A stretch of 63,545 bases of DNA, the filler included, from Octopus bimaculoides (taxonomy: Eukaryota): assembly GCF_001194135.2 (NCBI RefSeq). It is 7 parts of 7 records of this genome, joined end to end, with 100 filler letters (N's around TTAATTAATTAA, not from the genome) between each part and the next. Parts side by side here need not be neighbours in the genome. Positions count along the whole stretch, not along the records: positions 26,978 to 53,229 come from NC_068986.1; 6 more parts are not named here. One strand, 5' to 3'. Of this stretch, positions 26,878-39,989 are shown piece after piece. Position 1 is the stretch's first letter; each line of letters opens with the position of its first letter. A model generated the notes under the pieces. That model made no database searches, had not been told where the DNA came from, and saw only the letters and a program-made list of their open reading frames with translations. Both the position numbers and the translations under genes were made by a program.

Positions 26878-27631
26878 NNNNNNNNNNNNNNNNNNNNNNN
26901 NNNNNNNNNNNNNNNNNNNNNTTAATTAATTAANNNNNNNNNNNNNNNNNNNNNNNNNNNNNNNNNNNNNNNNNNNNGCACAGCGTAATTTATTATATAA
27001 ACAATATATGCGTATAAATTACGATTAAACCGGATGAAATATGTCACAGGGAATAACATTTTTATGACCGCCCAGCAGTTACTCAATTAAGCTGAATAGA
27101 CGTCAGTGATTGGTTGAAATTACAGAAATACGACAACTTTAACATGGAATAACTTGCGAATTCCTTTTTTTTGTTAAGAAAACTAAGAGTAAAAGATATT
27201 TGTATGACACATTCTACCAGTGTCCCAAGTTTCAAAGTGTTTCGTTAGTGTTTCGTTAAGAAAATACTGGCGCCCCCATTTTAAAATAGATCCGCACGCC
27301 CTGCTACCACGTAACAGCTATTTGCGATAAAAGACCCGAAATACCTGTTACGTGGTAGCAGGGCGTGCTAGAAATAGCAGCCAAATCTTTCCATTCCTGA
27401 GGGAAAGGAGCCTTTTATGAGTGATTTCGATGTCACATTCGTTGAAAGCACGCGAAATAACCCGGAAAAGATTTTGAGAAATAAAAAAACCCTCGAAGCA
27501 AAACTCCGTTGCTGGGAAACTCAGACTTTTCAGGTGTCCCAACGGGTCATAGGTAGTCTAGTTCATATATAAAATACAACTATTAGCCATCATTTTTGAC
27601 GGCACGGGATCAGCTAGTTTTATAAATAATA

Positions 27632-28589
27632 CTAGCAGAGATACCCGGCGTTGCTCGTGTTACATGCAATTGAAGAATTAGACTTTTCTGTTATATTTTC
27701 TCTAATGAACTTGAATACCTATGATTCGAATTTCATCAAAATTGCAGATGAGGATTCTTTCCCTCTTTACACACCCTAAAAAATTGTAATCATGACACAT
27801 GTATCCCATACTATTGATCTTTATGTGCAGAATCCAAAATTCCAGTCTTATGGAACCAGTTAAAAGAATTTTGCTCCTGAAAAATGGATGTCATGGAACT
27901 CTAAAATGTGGGAGTTAAGGCCTCTATTGGGGGTGGGTGTCTTAATATCAACCAGAGAAGTTGAATTGTTGAGAATCTTTTGAACTTGGATCTTATATGT
28001 ATTGTTCGAATTTCTTTGAAATAGGAAATATATGTATGTTCACTGGGTTTCTAAAAGAGAACAAAGCTACAGGAAACCAAAAGATGAATGATCACAATAA
28101 GCAGTCAGCTAGCCTATCTTAGTTGTTACTACTCCCCAATGTAGGATTCCTCACCATACAGGTGGCAGGCACAGCTGTAAGATGCATTATGGATCTATAG
28201 CAATTGGAAGGGCGTGACCCAACTCAAACATTAACAACTGTGTGATGTGAGGGGTAAGGAGAAATGAAAGTGTCACCTCTGGAGTTTGCAAATGACCACT
28301 ATACCGATAGGTAACTAGAGAGAATACATTTACAATCTATAAATGTCTTTCAATAACCAGTCACTCATCTGGAAAGGCCTTGAAATCAATGTAACCATCG
28401 GGGGACTTGTGGGCTCGAACTATGCAAGAAGTGAAAAATGTTTTGGACTAAAACACAACCGGGACCCTACGTAAGGCATGTGTAAAATTTGAATGAAATT
28501 GGTTGTGTAGTTCTCGAGTTTTAGGGATTCACAAAGACAGACAGACAGACAGACATACAGACAGACATTCTCATTTTTACAGATATAGA
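27632..28589 (-). mobile_element. Complete non-autonomous Helitron, 958 bp
   Basis: On the minus strand the ends are 5' A|TCTATATC and 3' CTAG|T, giving an AT target with no TSD. A degenerate subterminal hairpin (cccggcgttgctcgtg on the plus strand) and a (GTCT)n tract near the 5' end are present. Confidence 0.8.
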
Positions 28590-28789
28590 TATTTATTTCC
28601 TAGTTGTGACACACCTAGTGCCTCTCCTTTTCTAGAACACGTCAGCATCCTTGACAGAATTAAACTAGCCATCATGTGTGTGTGTGTGTGTGTGATACAT
28701 ACATACATACATACATACATACATCAACAGGGTATTTTTGTATGTATGTATGTATGTGGGCAGATTTGTATGCTTTGCCTTATGTATGT

Positions 28790-29190
28790 ATTCTCATGCA
28801 TATATTTTCATATCCAGACATGCTCATATATATTGAAATGATAAACTTCTGGAAAGTTTTACAGATTTTTACAGTATATATGTCAACACATTCCTTCACT
28901 CAAGCTTTCTCCTTTCTATTTTTGAGAAGCCTAATTTCTCAAGGTTGGTATTTAGGCAGTGTGTTACATATCCCAGTGCCCCAATAATTACAGGCATAAG
29001 CCTGAACTTGTAATCTGGATAGAGTAACTGTAGAGTTCTCAATAGTTCAGTGTAGGTATTCTCTTCTTCACTGATCTTCAAGCTTTATGTTAACATCCGC
29101 TGGGCAGCTAATTTCCACAACTGTGTATGGTTTCTCTTCTCTATTCCAAATCATTATATCAGATTTGCTGCGCAAACATTCCACCGAATT
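28790..29190 (-). mobile_element. R4-like RLE retrotransposon, second family, 3' fragment
   Basis: Reads KSDIMIWNREEK..VVEISCPADVNI and LQLLYPDYKFRLMPVIIGALGYV. Confidence 0.75.
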
Positions 29191-29270
29191 CAGGTAAAAA
29201 AAAAAAAAAGGCACTGGAAAAAAGTCACAGAAAAAAGTTACAAGAAAAAAGATCACAGCGGTTTTGTCCA

Positions 29271-29653
29271 GGGCGTGAGTTTGTCTTTAGGGGTTAGAGG
29301 GCAGCGGACTCGCGGTCATAGGATCGCGGTTTCGATTCCCAGACCAGGCGTTGTGAGTGTTTATTGAGCGAAAACACCTAAAGCTCCACGAGGCTCCGGC
29401 AGGGGATGGTGACGAACCCTGCTGTACTCTTTCACCACAACTTTCTCTCACTCTTACTCCGTTTTTGTTGTGCCTGTATTTCAAAGGGTCAGCCTTGTCA
29501 CATTGTGTTACGCTGAATATCCCCGAGAACTACGTTAAGGGTACACGTGTCTGTGGAGTGCTCAGCCACTTGCACGTTAATTTTACGAGCAGGCTGTTCC
29601 GTTGATCGGATCAACTGGAACCCTCGACGTCGTAAGCGACGGAGTGCCAACAA
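29271..29653 (+). mobile_element. tRNA-derived SINE (long family)
   Basis: A-box-like TTTAGGGGTTAG and B-box GTTTCGATTCC. The 3' half is shared with 38966-39250 (GAGAACTACGTTAAG..GTGGAGTGCTCAGCCACTT). Confidence 0.8.
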
Positions 29654-30129
29654 AAAATGCATGCATGCATGCATTTCGTAAAATTGCGTTTTTCCCCAGG
29701 AGAAAATCGTGTTTTTCTTAACAAAATGCATGATTACACAATCATCAAACACAGTCGACCAGAAAATCATAGCTTAAGTACAAAAATTAACATCCTGTTA
29801 TTGTTAAACTTCATCCAAACTGGAACGAAGAATCGTGCGAAGTCATGTGATATTATATCTCTTAGTAAGGACTGAACAGTCTCATGTAAAAAATCTCAAG
29901 TAAATACTAATATATTGAAATTTGCGGTGTCATACGAAGAGAAATTAAGAGAGGGGGGAAAAGGGGGCAAACGAGAACCTTGTGTTTATATGATTAGAGA
30001 ATAAAAATTAGGGAAACAAGGGAGATATAAAGAGAGAAAAAAAAACAACGCCAGACCTTGCTGCTCGGTGGAACTCGACCAATTCATTAAAATCATTATA
30101 CACATGAGGGCATGGTGTAAAGATTTCTG

Positions 30130-30210
30130 TATTGGAATTCAAAAAGTTACTGGGTGGAATGAATTCTTCAAGATCATCCATATATCGTAGACTCGGGTGA
30201 AATTCCTCTC
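30130..30210 (-). mobile_element. Penelope-like RT remnant
   Basis: SLRYMDDL...NF....EIF resembles the Penelope RT FRYIDD...F....IYP segment; short match. Confidence 0.35.
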
Positions 30211-31263
30211 TCCCATTTATTATATATACGTGCATTCGAACGTAGCAAGGAACAGCTAGCCTTTGGCTGCTGTTTGGATCACGTTGTGTCCACTACTCCG
30301 ATTGGTTGGTGTTGGTACAATTTGTCTCCTACATGGTTTTGCCAACTTGCCATAGATAACCAGTTAGAGGCTCTCAATAGGATCGCGTGAGGCAGCCTGT
30401 TTACTACTCTGTTTTAGCCTACAGCTCCATATAAAAACTCAGCTTTTCTACGTTCCGAGTCTTTGGTTCTAGACCTTTTTAGGTCTAGCCACTAACCACG
30501 AAGACAGCCAGTTCCTGCGACGACACCACTACCACAGCAGCTACATTGAAACTTACCAACTTCATCACCATGGCATTCAGCAGCATTGCGGCAACCCCCT
30601 TCTTCGTCGCTACCATCATGTCCTTCTTAACATCGTCATCACAGCTCAGCAAGCAATTCACCTAGGTTCCAACAGTTCACTGTTCGTGAATTATTTCACT
30701 ACAGATCAACAGCGAATATACAACCTGCATGAACTCTTGTACAAGTAATCTAGGAAGCAGTATCACAGCCACAACTTCACGTACATGTATCCGTAATCGG
30801 CTCAGCATCATAGCCGCGACATCTTGATACAATATTTCAACTGCCATGTACGACCGACTACGAACTGGTATTATTATCTTTCTTGTGTCTATGAACTTAC
30901 TTCTCGCTTCGATGGCTCATGGACACTTTCACTTTCTTCTTCATTGCCATGTACTTAAATGTACTTAACACACGCACACATCTATGCTTACACACACACA
31001 TATATTTTGCCCCCATGGCGGCCTGTCAATTATTCTGTATATTGACGCACACACAGACACATATTATATCAATAAATGTTCTCTTAATCATTCTTATGAG
31101 GTTGTGTCTCTTTCCATCTGGCATTTATTTGTTCTATTTTTTCTTTTCGGTCTGATACACATTAATCCGAAACCGTACAGAAACCAATGTTGTATGTAAA
31201 TTATCAAAAACTGTTGTATTAAAAAAATCCTTGGCAAAATATTTACTGTCTTTGGACAATGGT

Positions 31264-31495
31264 GGAAGCGCGTGGCTTGGTGGTTAGGGTGTTGAACTCA
31301 TGCTCGTAAGATTGTACTTCCGATTCCTGGACCGGGTGACGCGTTGTCTTCATTTCACGTTGCTCCAGTCCACTCACCTGGCAAGTATGAAGAATCTTGC
31401 GACGGACCGGCGTCCCGTCCAGATGGGGAATATGTACGCTATGGAGACCGAGAAACCGGTTCCATGAGTCTATATGACTCGGGAAAGCACTTCAC
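31264..31495 (+). mobile_element. tRNA-derived SINE with V/Meta-like central domain
   Basis: A box TGGCTTGGTGG and B box CCGATTCC, then GCTCCAGTCCACTCA..GCGACGGACCGGCGTCCCGTCCAG. Confidence 0.65.
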
Positions 31496-33902
31496 TTTGT
31501 TTTATTTACTTGGACAATGAGAAGAAATAGTCATAGCTTCGAGCCTTTTTCACATCGTCAACCATATTATATCCAACAGTGTAGTCACACTTTTTCATAT
31601 ATTTTACTTACTTAAAATTCATCCTCATCGTAGCAAGCAGCCACCATATTCCAGACTATCTTTATGCTTTTAACTCACGACTGAACTCAGTTCAAATGCT
31701 ACAGCCAACTAGATACTCCATATTTTATAACAAGTGTGTTGTTTATCAATAATGCTAATATAACAGGCCAGATATCCACTTCTTACATCAATGACAATTT
31801 CCACTAGCCAATAAGGCGGTGGTTGTGGGCTCTGTGTTAGCGCTCACTAGAAGTAACAGATAAATCTTTCTCAAACGACCTCTCCTCTACTCCCTTAATA
31901 ATGGGTGGACACAGAGGATAGTTTAGTCAGGGATATGCAGAACTGTGTTATGGGCCCTCAACTCCTGAAGGAGACATAGGTGCACCGTCATAATGTACTG
32001 CGTATCTTGGAGTCCATCCCTTTCTAGGTCTACCCACAGCAGATTTCTTAGAATAAGAGAAAGGGAGGAAGGGAAATGAGGAAGAGAGAAAGGAGAGGAG
32101 AGGATCGAACAGACTGGAAGAGAGAATGAGAAAGAATGGGAGGAACAAAGACTGAGAGAGAGTAAAGGAGAAGAATCCTGAAAGACAAAGTTCAAGAGGA
32201 CAGGAGACAAATACAGAGAATAGAGAGTCAGAAGAAATACCGCTCAGCATTCTATACGATGCTCTAACAACATTGTTAATTCACCACCCTGGATATACTA
32301 TGTCCGAAAAAAAAAAAAAAGACAGGACAGTCACAACTAGAACGCCTTCGATTATAGGTCTGCTTGATCACAGAGTTAAACAACGACGACAACAACACAA
32401 CGCACACTGCATTATACATGTGGATTATGTTAATTCGGGAACACTGAATGGATGCCGGCACATATTACTAATTCTAAATCGACTTCAGTAACTTGTATCA
32501 GTATTGTTTGTGAAATTTTTTTGAGCTATGGTCAAGAGAGTGAATCATTTTAGTGGCTATTAATGTCTGCTGGATGAGACATGTGTTTGAAACATGAACT
32601 TTCACTTTCGGACTGAAGGGGACGTTTTCAAGTGAAAGGCTTACCAATCCTTGACCACTCAGCAATTTTGCCACTTGTCCTTCGGAGTCTGTAACAGCAT
32701 ATTTCAGTGTCAATGACTTGCTGTATATTCATTGCATATTTCATTTGTAAGAGGTTATTTATTTACAAAATGACTAAACTTCATGAACATAGCAGACTGA
32801 CACATTACGAAACACTAAAAATAAATACGCATTATCACATTATTTAATTAGATAAGCAAATATTTTTACTATTAGATAATTTATAGTCCCATCCTTAAAA
32901 GCTAAAGTTTAATTCAGCCTAAAAAGGAAAAATGAAACCACATTAATTGTGAAAGTAGTTTGAGGAGAAGCAATATGAACCAAAGAGTCAAGATTTGGAC
33001 AATCTCTCTGAACTGAAGTATTATCAAAACGGGCAAAGATACGCCCGAAGAAGTAAAATACACAAAAACATCAGTGACAAAACTTAAGCCTTTTGCTAGA
33101 AATAATTCCAAATTACCCAGACAAGTTAAGCTAAGATGATAGGAATCATATGTAAAGGTTACAACTACTTTTCTAACAAGTATCGAATATCGGAAAGCTA
33201 GCATCTCTGCCCGAAAAATCGATCCCATTAATCGTTCAATCTTGGATTGAAGCTTTTCAGACGAGCTTTTGCTTGAAAAAATGGGCTCTTGCCCAAATCA
33301 AAAGAAAGCGCTCTATCCCCACTGACCTTTATGCTTCGTGTATTTTTTGTAGTACATTAAAGCAAACTATATAAAAAAGAATAGGATATAATGTGAATAA
33401 GAAAACAGAACAGGATCGCCTCTTAGAGAAAGAGGGATAGCAAGAATATATTTGTTTACGACCAACGAGCACACGAGTAATGGAATCCTTATGTTAAGGA
33501 AACGACAAAACAAGAGATGGATTCCGTAACGGTAATAACTACAATAAACTGAGAAACTAACACATTAGGTGGTCAAGTACGTTGTTTTTGTATGTCTTTA
33601 TGCCAGAGTTAAACAACAGGTTGCATCCAGGTTAATGTACTGTACTTCAGAAATTTTTTCACGAATTCTTTTAACTTGGTAAAGTTCTATCGTTCAAAAT
33701 TGTACTTTTTAAAAACTTTAGTCGAATCTATATAAACTAGGCTTTTATCTGTCGCTACGCTACCGGTAAAAATATTTATTAATCATGCACATACGTTCTT
33801 TTAATAGTAGACTGTTATAGAATGAAAATCTCGTTAGTTATTATGGAGACAACAGTCTCCCTATCTATCTGTATTTCTCTCTCTCACACACATACACACA
33901 CA

Positions 33903-33934
<32 letters not shown>

Positions 33935-35449
33935 GTATCATTTCTCTCAACAGCAACCTGTTTTTTTTCGTGAAAAAATTTTAATTCTATCTTTCACACA
34001 CACAAAAAAAAAAGACTATCTGTACAAATCTTTTTTTGTTTGTTGGTTTTGAAGCTGCGTTGTCTCTATATTAAAAAACGAAACATACAGAAACATACAA
34101 CATACATACACAAACAACAAAAAAATAACGATCTATACTGTTATATAATGGAAATCCTCTTTCAAGCTGTATTGCGTTGACTATGGTGGCAACACTACCT
34201 ACCCACTTATGTACCTACCTATCTAGCTTTCACACACACACACACACACACTCTCTCTCACTGTATTTTTTCTCCTCCCTTTCTTCTAAATATACGTTGT
34301 GACATATATTGATTCCTCCCCTTTTTCTCTCCTAATAGATGTCGTGACGAACAGACTGAGGAAACCCCGCTTCTTTTTTATAAGAGAAGGCACACACACT
34401 TTATGAAAAAAGTAATGACTATTTTTCATTGAACGAAACGCTTGCCTGGGAAAATTGGTCTCTTATTAGTAACAAAACACAACAGAAAATCTTTAATTAA
34501 AAAAAAAAACACAATCAAATGAATCGCTAAATTTGCTGTATTAAGGGTGCGTCTATTATGCTATCAATTCGTCTGTATCATTGTAAAAAGGGGAAAAAGC
34601 AACACCACTAAAAGAATGTGTCTGTGCCATGCGTGTTTTCGTCTTAAGACTTAAACCTTTTTATATATGAAATTTTAGAGACTTTTATCAATGAATATGT
34701 AGGAAAGTGGTTATACACCATTAGGTGTATACCGCTTCTGCACATTAAATTTCTTGAAGAAACAACAGAACGCAGATTCTGAACTATCAACACAACAATA
34801 TTTATTTACAGAGGAATTCGGTAGCACTTCGCCCTTTGGTTACTGAGACGCCGTCAATGATGTTGCGTGGTTATTTGTCTAGCTCCAGAGTTGGAATGTT
34901 GGAGGGAGCTGTTTGACGACGTCCAGGCCCTTCGACGGCCAGCGAAGAAAGAGAATGAAAAACCGCGCGAAGCTTGGATATCGATGACTACGCATGCGCA
35001 TAAGACACTTCCTGTATTCATACCGGAACTAGTCCCTGCGCATGCGTGGATAGAAACTCCGAAAATGTCGTCTGCTATAAAGGCGTCACTACAAATAATT
35101 TCAAATTTGAATGTGGGTGAGGTTTTGCCCGCAAGCAAGAAGCTTACTTTCTGCCGCTCCACGTGGTCGCTCGACCTTTTTCACAAATATGCAGTCTCCT
35201 ATTTTGAAAGGGAGACGCACATTAGATAATGTTGTCCCTGGGTGCTCAATGTCCAACAGAAAGATGGGGCAGTAATCGTTAGAACGCCTTTGACCATGGG
35301 TCTGTAATGGGGATTAAGAAACGACGATCGCAATAATGGCGACGATACATTTGATTCCATTCCTCGCTACCTATATATTAATAAAATGATAAACACTACT
35401 TAAACAACTCACACACACACAAAACAGTGTCTATTTAATTATCTCTCTG

Positions 35450-35790
35450 AGTATGCGAGTATTTTGAAAATAACTCACAGAGAGACGACCGTACTTTGCA
35501 TAGTTACAGACTGCCCTTTGGCAAGGCATAGCACCCGTTCAGCCGCTCCGCCAAGGATACGGTGAAGTCATGACAGCACGGCGGATTGCGAAGAGATAGC
35601 GGAAGGGCTCGACAGAGCCAACGGTGCTTCTTATATTGATACTGAACGGAGAAATCCAAGAAGATCAACGATCAGGATTAGCATAATCAACCAATGAAAG
35701 ACTCATTATGACCTAAGCTCCCAATTCACAGAATTGCATAGCGAAGAGAGTTACAAGAATCCGTGCAATCAGCGCAATCGGATATCACAC
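35450..35790 (+). repeat. Unclassified dispersed repeat; partner of 23150-23575
   Basis: Collinear with the 23 kb copy and carries an internal deletion relative to it. Confidence 0.7.
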
Positions 35791-36320
35791 ACACACACAC
35801 AAATGTCACCAAACCTATTTCAAGTAAAATAACAATAACAAATATATAATTCTCCAGAATGCACGCAATACATATTAGATACTGGGTTTTCTATATCTCC
35901 ACAACAAAGAACAAAAAACGGTCGATTTCATATCATACCTTGTTGCTCACATTTCATCCTAAGACGCAAAGCAACGGAATTTTTAATGCTCGAAATGAAA
36001 AGACCAATCGGGTTTGTGTAGGGCTCGGTTTATTATTACAGCAAACATCACCCACATAGTCCCTGACATTATATGTTTAATCCTCAATAATTCTATAACA
36101 CTTCAGAAAACTAACGCACAAAGAAAACACAAATGCAAAAGACAATTACGCACTTTTAACCTATTCCACCCATCAAGCACCTAAATAGAAATAAGGAAAT
36201 CTAAAAACTTAAAATCTTAGAGCCAGGCAAAATTACAAATACACACTAAATACACCTAGATCCTGAAGGTGATTCCTCCACACTCTAGGTGTTTGTATAT
36301 TTCTTTCGAAGGAAGTGTTA

Positions 36321-36495
36321 GGCGGTGAATTGGCAGACTCGTTACTGCACCGGACAAAAATTCTTAGAGGCATTTCTTCCTGTTCTTTACATTTTGAGTT
36401 CAAATGCCACCGAAGTTGACTTTGCTATTCATCCTTTCGGGTCGATAGAACAAGTACTAGTTGAATACTAGGGTGGATGTAATAGACTTTGAGCC
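36321..36495 (+). mobile_element. Nin/Deu-type SINE, diverged copy
   Basis: Same head and core with more substitutions. A further decayed copy lies near 57440-57620. Confidence 0.7.
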
Positions 36496-36719
36496 GTCTT
36501 AGCAGTATTATAGGCTCCTGGGTAAATCAGTACATTGGGTTACATATTTATTGACAACCACAGCATTTATAAATCAAAATTGGGTCTCTGTGTATACCTT
36601 AAGACAGCACTGAATAGACTTTCCCCTCAAAATTGCTAGTCTTCTTATGTGAAGTAATATATACAAACCCATCACTCTGTTATGCACACTCAAATATTCC
36701 AGGATGGCTAATCCTTAGC

Positions 36720-36900
36720 CTCGCTTAATCACCCATCCCCACTCTTCAGATTACAACACGGATCGCAATGTTTTCAAACCTAACACAGAAAATACAAGAT
36801 AGCTTTAGCAAAAAAACCCCTCCCATATGTACCATTCTAACTACCATCGACACCAACGAAGCTTTCGATTCCATTCTCTGAGATCTATTCATACAAAAAT
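36720..36900 (+). mobile_element. Jockey/I-like RT remnant
   Basis: FKPN followed by TILTTIDTNEAFDSI resembles the GF+P..ST and xD+xKAFD RT motifs; heavily decayed. Confidence 0.45.
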
Positions 36901-37507
36901 ATATCAGCATCATCAGAGAACAAGAACATCAAATACAACCAACCATTACACCCAACAAAATAAACATACTCCTTATATACAGAAGACAAATAATGAAAAA
37001 TTATTTGCAGCTCTTCCACAAGATTTACAACACACAAAAATAGAAAAGCAATCTCGTGTCATATATGGTCAACAGAAAGAAACAAAAATGATACATAAAA
37101 GTAATAAATTGTCAGTCTTGTCTGAATCCCGATCTCTGGTCATGTTTGCATAAAATATAATGTAGTTCCGTTCGACTGATATTTTAATTTTTCATTTCTG
37201 AAGACAGGAATTTTGGCTACGAAGCTTGATAGGAACACGCAGCTCTTAGTTTAATTTATGAACGATATTTTATAATTATTACGTCATTTTGTGCGCGCCC
37301 GCGTAAGAGTATGAATCTTTGAGCATGTATATATGTAAATAAATCTCAACTATACATTAGTCGTTTAGAAAGCGACGTTCACTAGTATTTTTAATATCTC
37401 GATTGAAAACTGGATTTTCTCAAACGGTAGAATATTCGATGCTTTTTATCTTTTATTATTTTTTTATTTTGTCTCCTTATATTTTCTATAATTACCTTTC
37501 GCGAACC

Positions 37508-38470
37508 ATGTTTTCCATCAACGCAACCTTCTCAGTGAATCCACAGATGCTTTCCGAAATAACTCCTCTGGTTATTGTACTGTCTTTTATGATCCCTACT
37601 GGAATTTTTGGCAATGTTTTCGTAATATACATTTACGCAAGCTATACTAAGAAATCAAATATCGAAAGGTTCCTTGTAGCATTGGCAGCTTTTAATTTAG
37701 TCGGTTGCACTGTTGGAATGCCACTTGGTATGATCGATCTTCGTCTAACGACTTCGTATCCATCTATACATATCTGCAAATTATACAAGCTCGTTATCAT
37801 TTATTGCTTCATGACAACTTCTTTCACCCTTCTCACCATATCAGTCGAAAGATACTACAAAAAATGTCGTTCACTGAAGAGACAACTATCAGAGTGGGAT
37901 TGCAAAGCCTTGTGTTTTTTGATAGCATTTGTATCGCTACTAACATCTCTACCGGTGATTTTTTACTCGGATGTTTTCGTTTTGCAAAGCCATACCGACA
38001 AATACATTATATGCGCGTATAATACCGGGCTCTGGTTCTGGATATACATGTTATTTATATTGGTTTTTCATATAATTCTGTTAATAATCACTACCACACT
38101 TATTACTTACGTCCACTTCTACCTGAAACGTTATCGGCTCGGAGAAATACAAATGATAAATACCACAAAAGAAATGTCCACATCCACAGTGGAACACAAA
38201 AATCAAACGAACGTGATATTCATTATGCTTTCTTTGGTGTACATTGTGAGTTTCACGCCAAATTTCGTTTTAAACGTAACATATCCCTTATTCAAAAATG
38301 TATCTTTGTTACAAAATGTAAAAAGAATACTGGAGCGTTTTTGGATCTTGAATAGTTGTTTAAACCCTGTAATTTGTGGCTTGTGTTACCGAAAGTGCAG
38401 GAAACATTTTTCCAATGCTTTTAATATCTCTGAAGAAAATTCGGTATCAAAATCAGAAGACGTACTTTAA
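37508..38470 (+). CDS. Intronless class A (rhodopsin-like) 7TM orphan GPCR, 320 aa from the ATG at 37508 (an upstream in-frame ATG exists at 37439)
   Basis: Seven hydrophobic segments. Motifs are TM1 GN, TM2 LAAFN, TM3 Cys (ICKL) and ERY, ECL2 Cys, TM6 SFTP and TM7 NSCLNPVIC. There is an N-terminal NAT sequon and the start context is gaaccATG. Family recognised by motifs; ligand unknown. Confidence 0.9.
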   Translation: MFSINATFSVNPQMLSEITPLVIVLSFMIPTGIFGNVFVIYIYASYTKKSNIERFLVALAAFNLVGCTVGMPLGMIDLRLTTSYPSIHICKLYKLVIIYCFMTTSFTLLTISVERYYKKCRSLKRQLSEWDCKALCFLIAFVSLLTSLPVIFYSDVFVLQSHTDKYIICAYNTGLWFWIYMLFILVFHIILLIITTTLITYVHFYLKRYRLGEIQMINTTKEMSTSTVEHKNQTNVIFIMLSLVYIVSFTPNFVLNVTYPLFKNVSLLQNVKRILERFWILNSCLNPVICGLCYRKCRKHFSNAFNISEENSVSKSEDVL

Positions 38471-38734
38471 AATGTGTAACAGAGTCAGCCGTATTTTTTC
38501 AAAGATATATATACGAGTCATGTCCCCCATCCTGTAAAAAAGGAGAGAAAGAAACGACTCTCCATTTTACTTTATAGATATTGAACTGTATTTTGTTTAG
38601 CTGCTTTATAATAATTATTATATATTCAATCAACACATATCGTTACCATCACATTTAGAAAATGATCTCTGGACTGTTTCAGTCAAGACGACATTGAAAC
38701 TGCTTAACAGGATTAAATATAACCTATAAGCTGG

Positions 38735-38740
38735 AATAAA
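38735..38740 (+). promoter_or_regulatory. Candidate polyadenylation signal for the GPCR
   Basis: AATAAA about 265 nt downstream of the stop codon. AT-rich DNA makes chance matches common. Confidence 0.3.
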
Positions 38741-38965
38741 GTACAGAACTTTTTGTAAAAGATATTTACGTAGAACTATGTTAATCTATGAGCTTGCAAT
38801 GCGAACACAAGCATTGCAAACTATCACGAAAATCTAAGATACCTTTTAATTCCACAACGAAGAGCAGAATTGTAGGAAAATATTCTGAAGACTTGTGAAA
38901 TAAATCAATGAAATAATTTTTTCCCATTCTTTGTCATTGTTTTTGTAAAAATTATTATTATTGTG

Positions 38966-39250
38966 AAGACGCGTAGCTTATTTAGTTAACGGTTGTGGAT
39001 TCGATTCCTGGCAGCGTATTGTGTCCTTCAGCAAGACACTTTATTTCATGCTACTCCATTTCACTCAGCTGGAGTAACGTAATTCAATTGACCAGCCTTG
39101 TCACATCGCACTGAATCTCTCTGAGAACTACGTTAAGTGTATTCGTGTTTGTGGAGTGCTCAGCCACTTACACGTTAATTTCACGATCTGACTACTCCAT
39201 TGGTCGGATCAACTGGAACATTCGTCATTGTAACCAATGGAGTAGCAGTT
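38966..39250 (+). mobile_element. tRNA-derived SINE between the GPCR and DPH1 3' ends
   Basis: B box GATTCGATTCC, CORE-like GCAAGACACTTTATTTCA, and a 3' part homologous to the 29271 copy. Confidence 0.75.
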
Positions 39251-39989
39251 ATTAGTTATTATTATTATACTCAGAAAATGTCCATGAATTTATTTATATA
39301 TTTCAAGATTTTTTTATTGTTGATTATTGCCATATATTTTGTTGTTAAGCTACCCAAGACCCAACTGGGATGATTGGTTCTTTTGCTTTTTGCTCTTTTT
39401 GGGATAAAATCTGGAAAAAAAAACCTCTGAAAATTTTTGTTCTTGGTAAACATCAGTTTAAAAGATAATGGCCATATATCACAATCAGTCGACTGGATGG
39501 GACATGGGATATGATTTTTTGAGAGGAGGAAGAAACATGCTTCTTAATAGCTCCCCTCCGTTTTGTAATTAGATGAAGACTTTCCCCATTACAGGGTCCA
39601 AATTAAAATAAGGTACACAACCACTACTGTTACTGCATTTAGTGGCAATAACAAGAAACAATATGCTAAGTGAAAAAAAAACAGCAAGAGGTGACCTCCA
39701 ATGTCTATCGTGACTCTCTGCTTGGGATGTGGAGTGCTGTAGAAGCTGATAACATTGGTTAAAAAATGGGTGGCAATAGATGGCTGTCAGAAAGGTAGAT
39801 TGCCTGGTCTAAATGATCAGTCCTATAATCTTTACAATTATTTGGCAGGCTGTCAGTGCTGTAAACTGAAGGGCTCTCAACACTGAGAATTCTCCTGTGG
39901 CACTGCTGAGATAAGAAATTAACAAAGAGGATTAATAGATATTTTTTCAGCCTATAACCCGACTGAATGCAGAGTTTCAAATCTTGACC

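Noticed and set aside
29271-29345. tRNA-like heads here and at 31264, 38966, 51160 and 56195 as tRNA genes
   Set aside because: They have A/B boxes but no full cloverleaf, and they continue into SINE bodies.
30280-30880. Possible solo LTR (TATA-like CCATATAAAAA and a pyrimidine/CA-rich body)
   Set aside because: I could not find TG...CA ends with a TSD or a second copy.
31148-31180. CTGATAC...CCGAAACCGTA, and CAGACGA...TTGAAA near 33255, as hammerheads
   Set aside because: The core boxes are mutated and there is no convincing stem II.
37705-38022. 105-aa alternative-frame ORF inside the GPCR
   Set aside because: It has no recognisable motif and is an expected by-product of the real reading frame.
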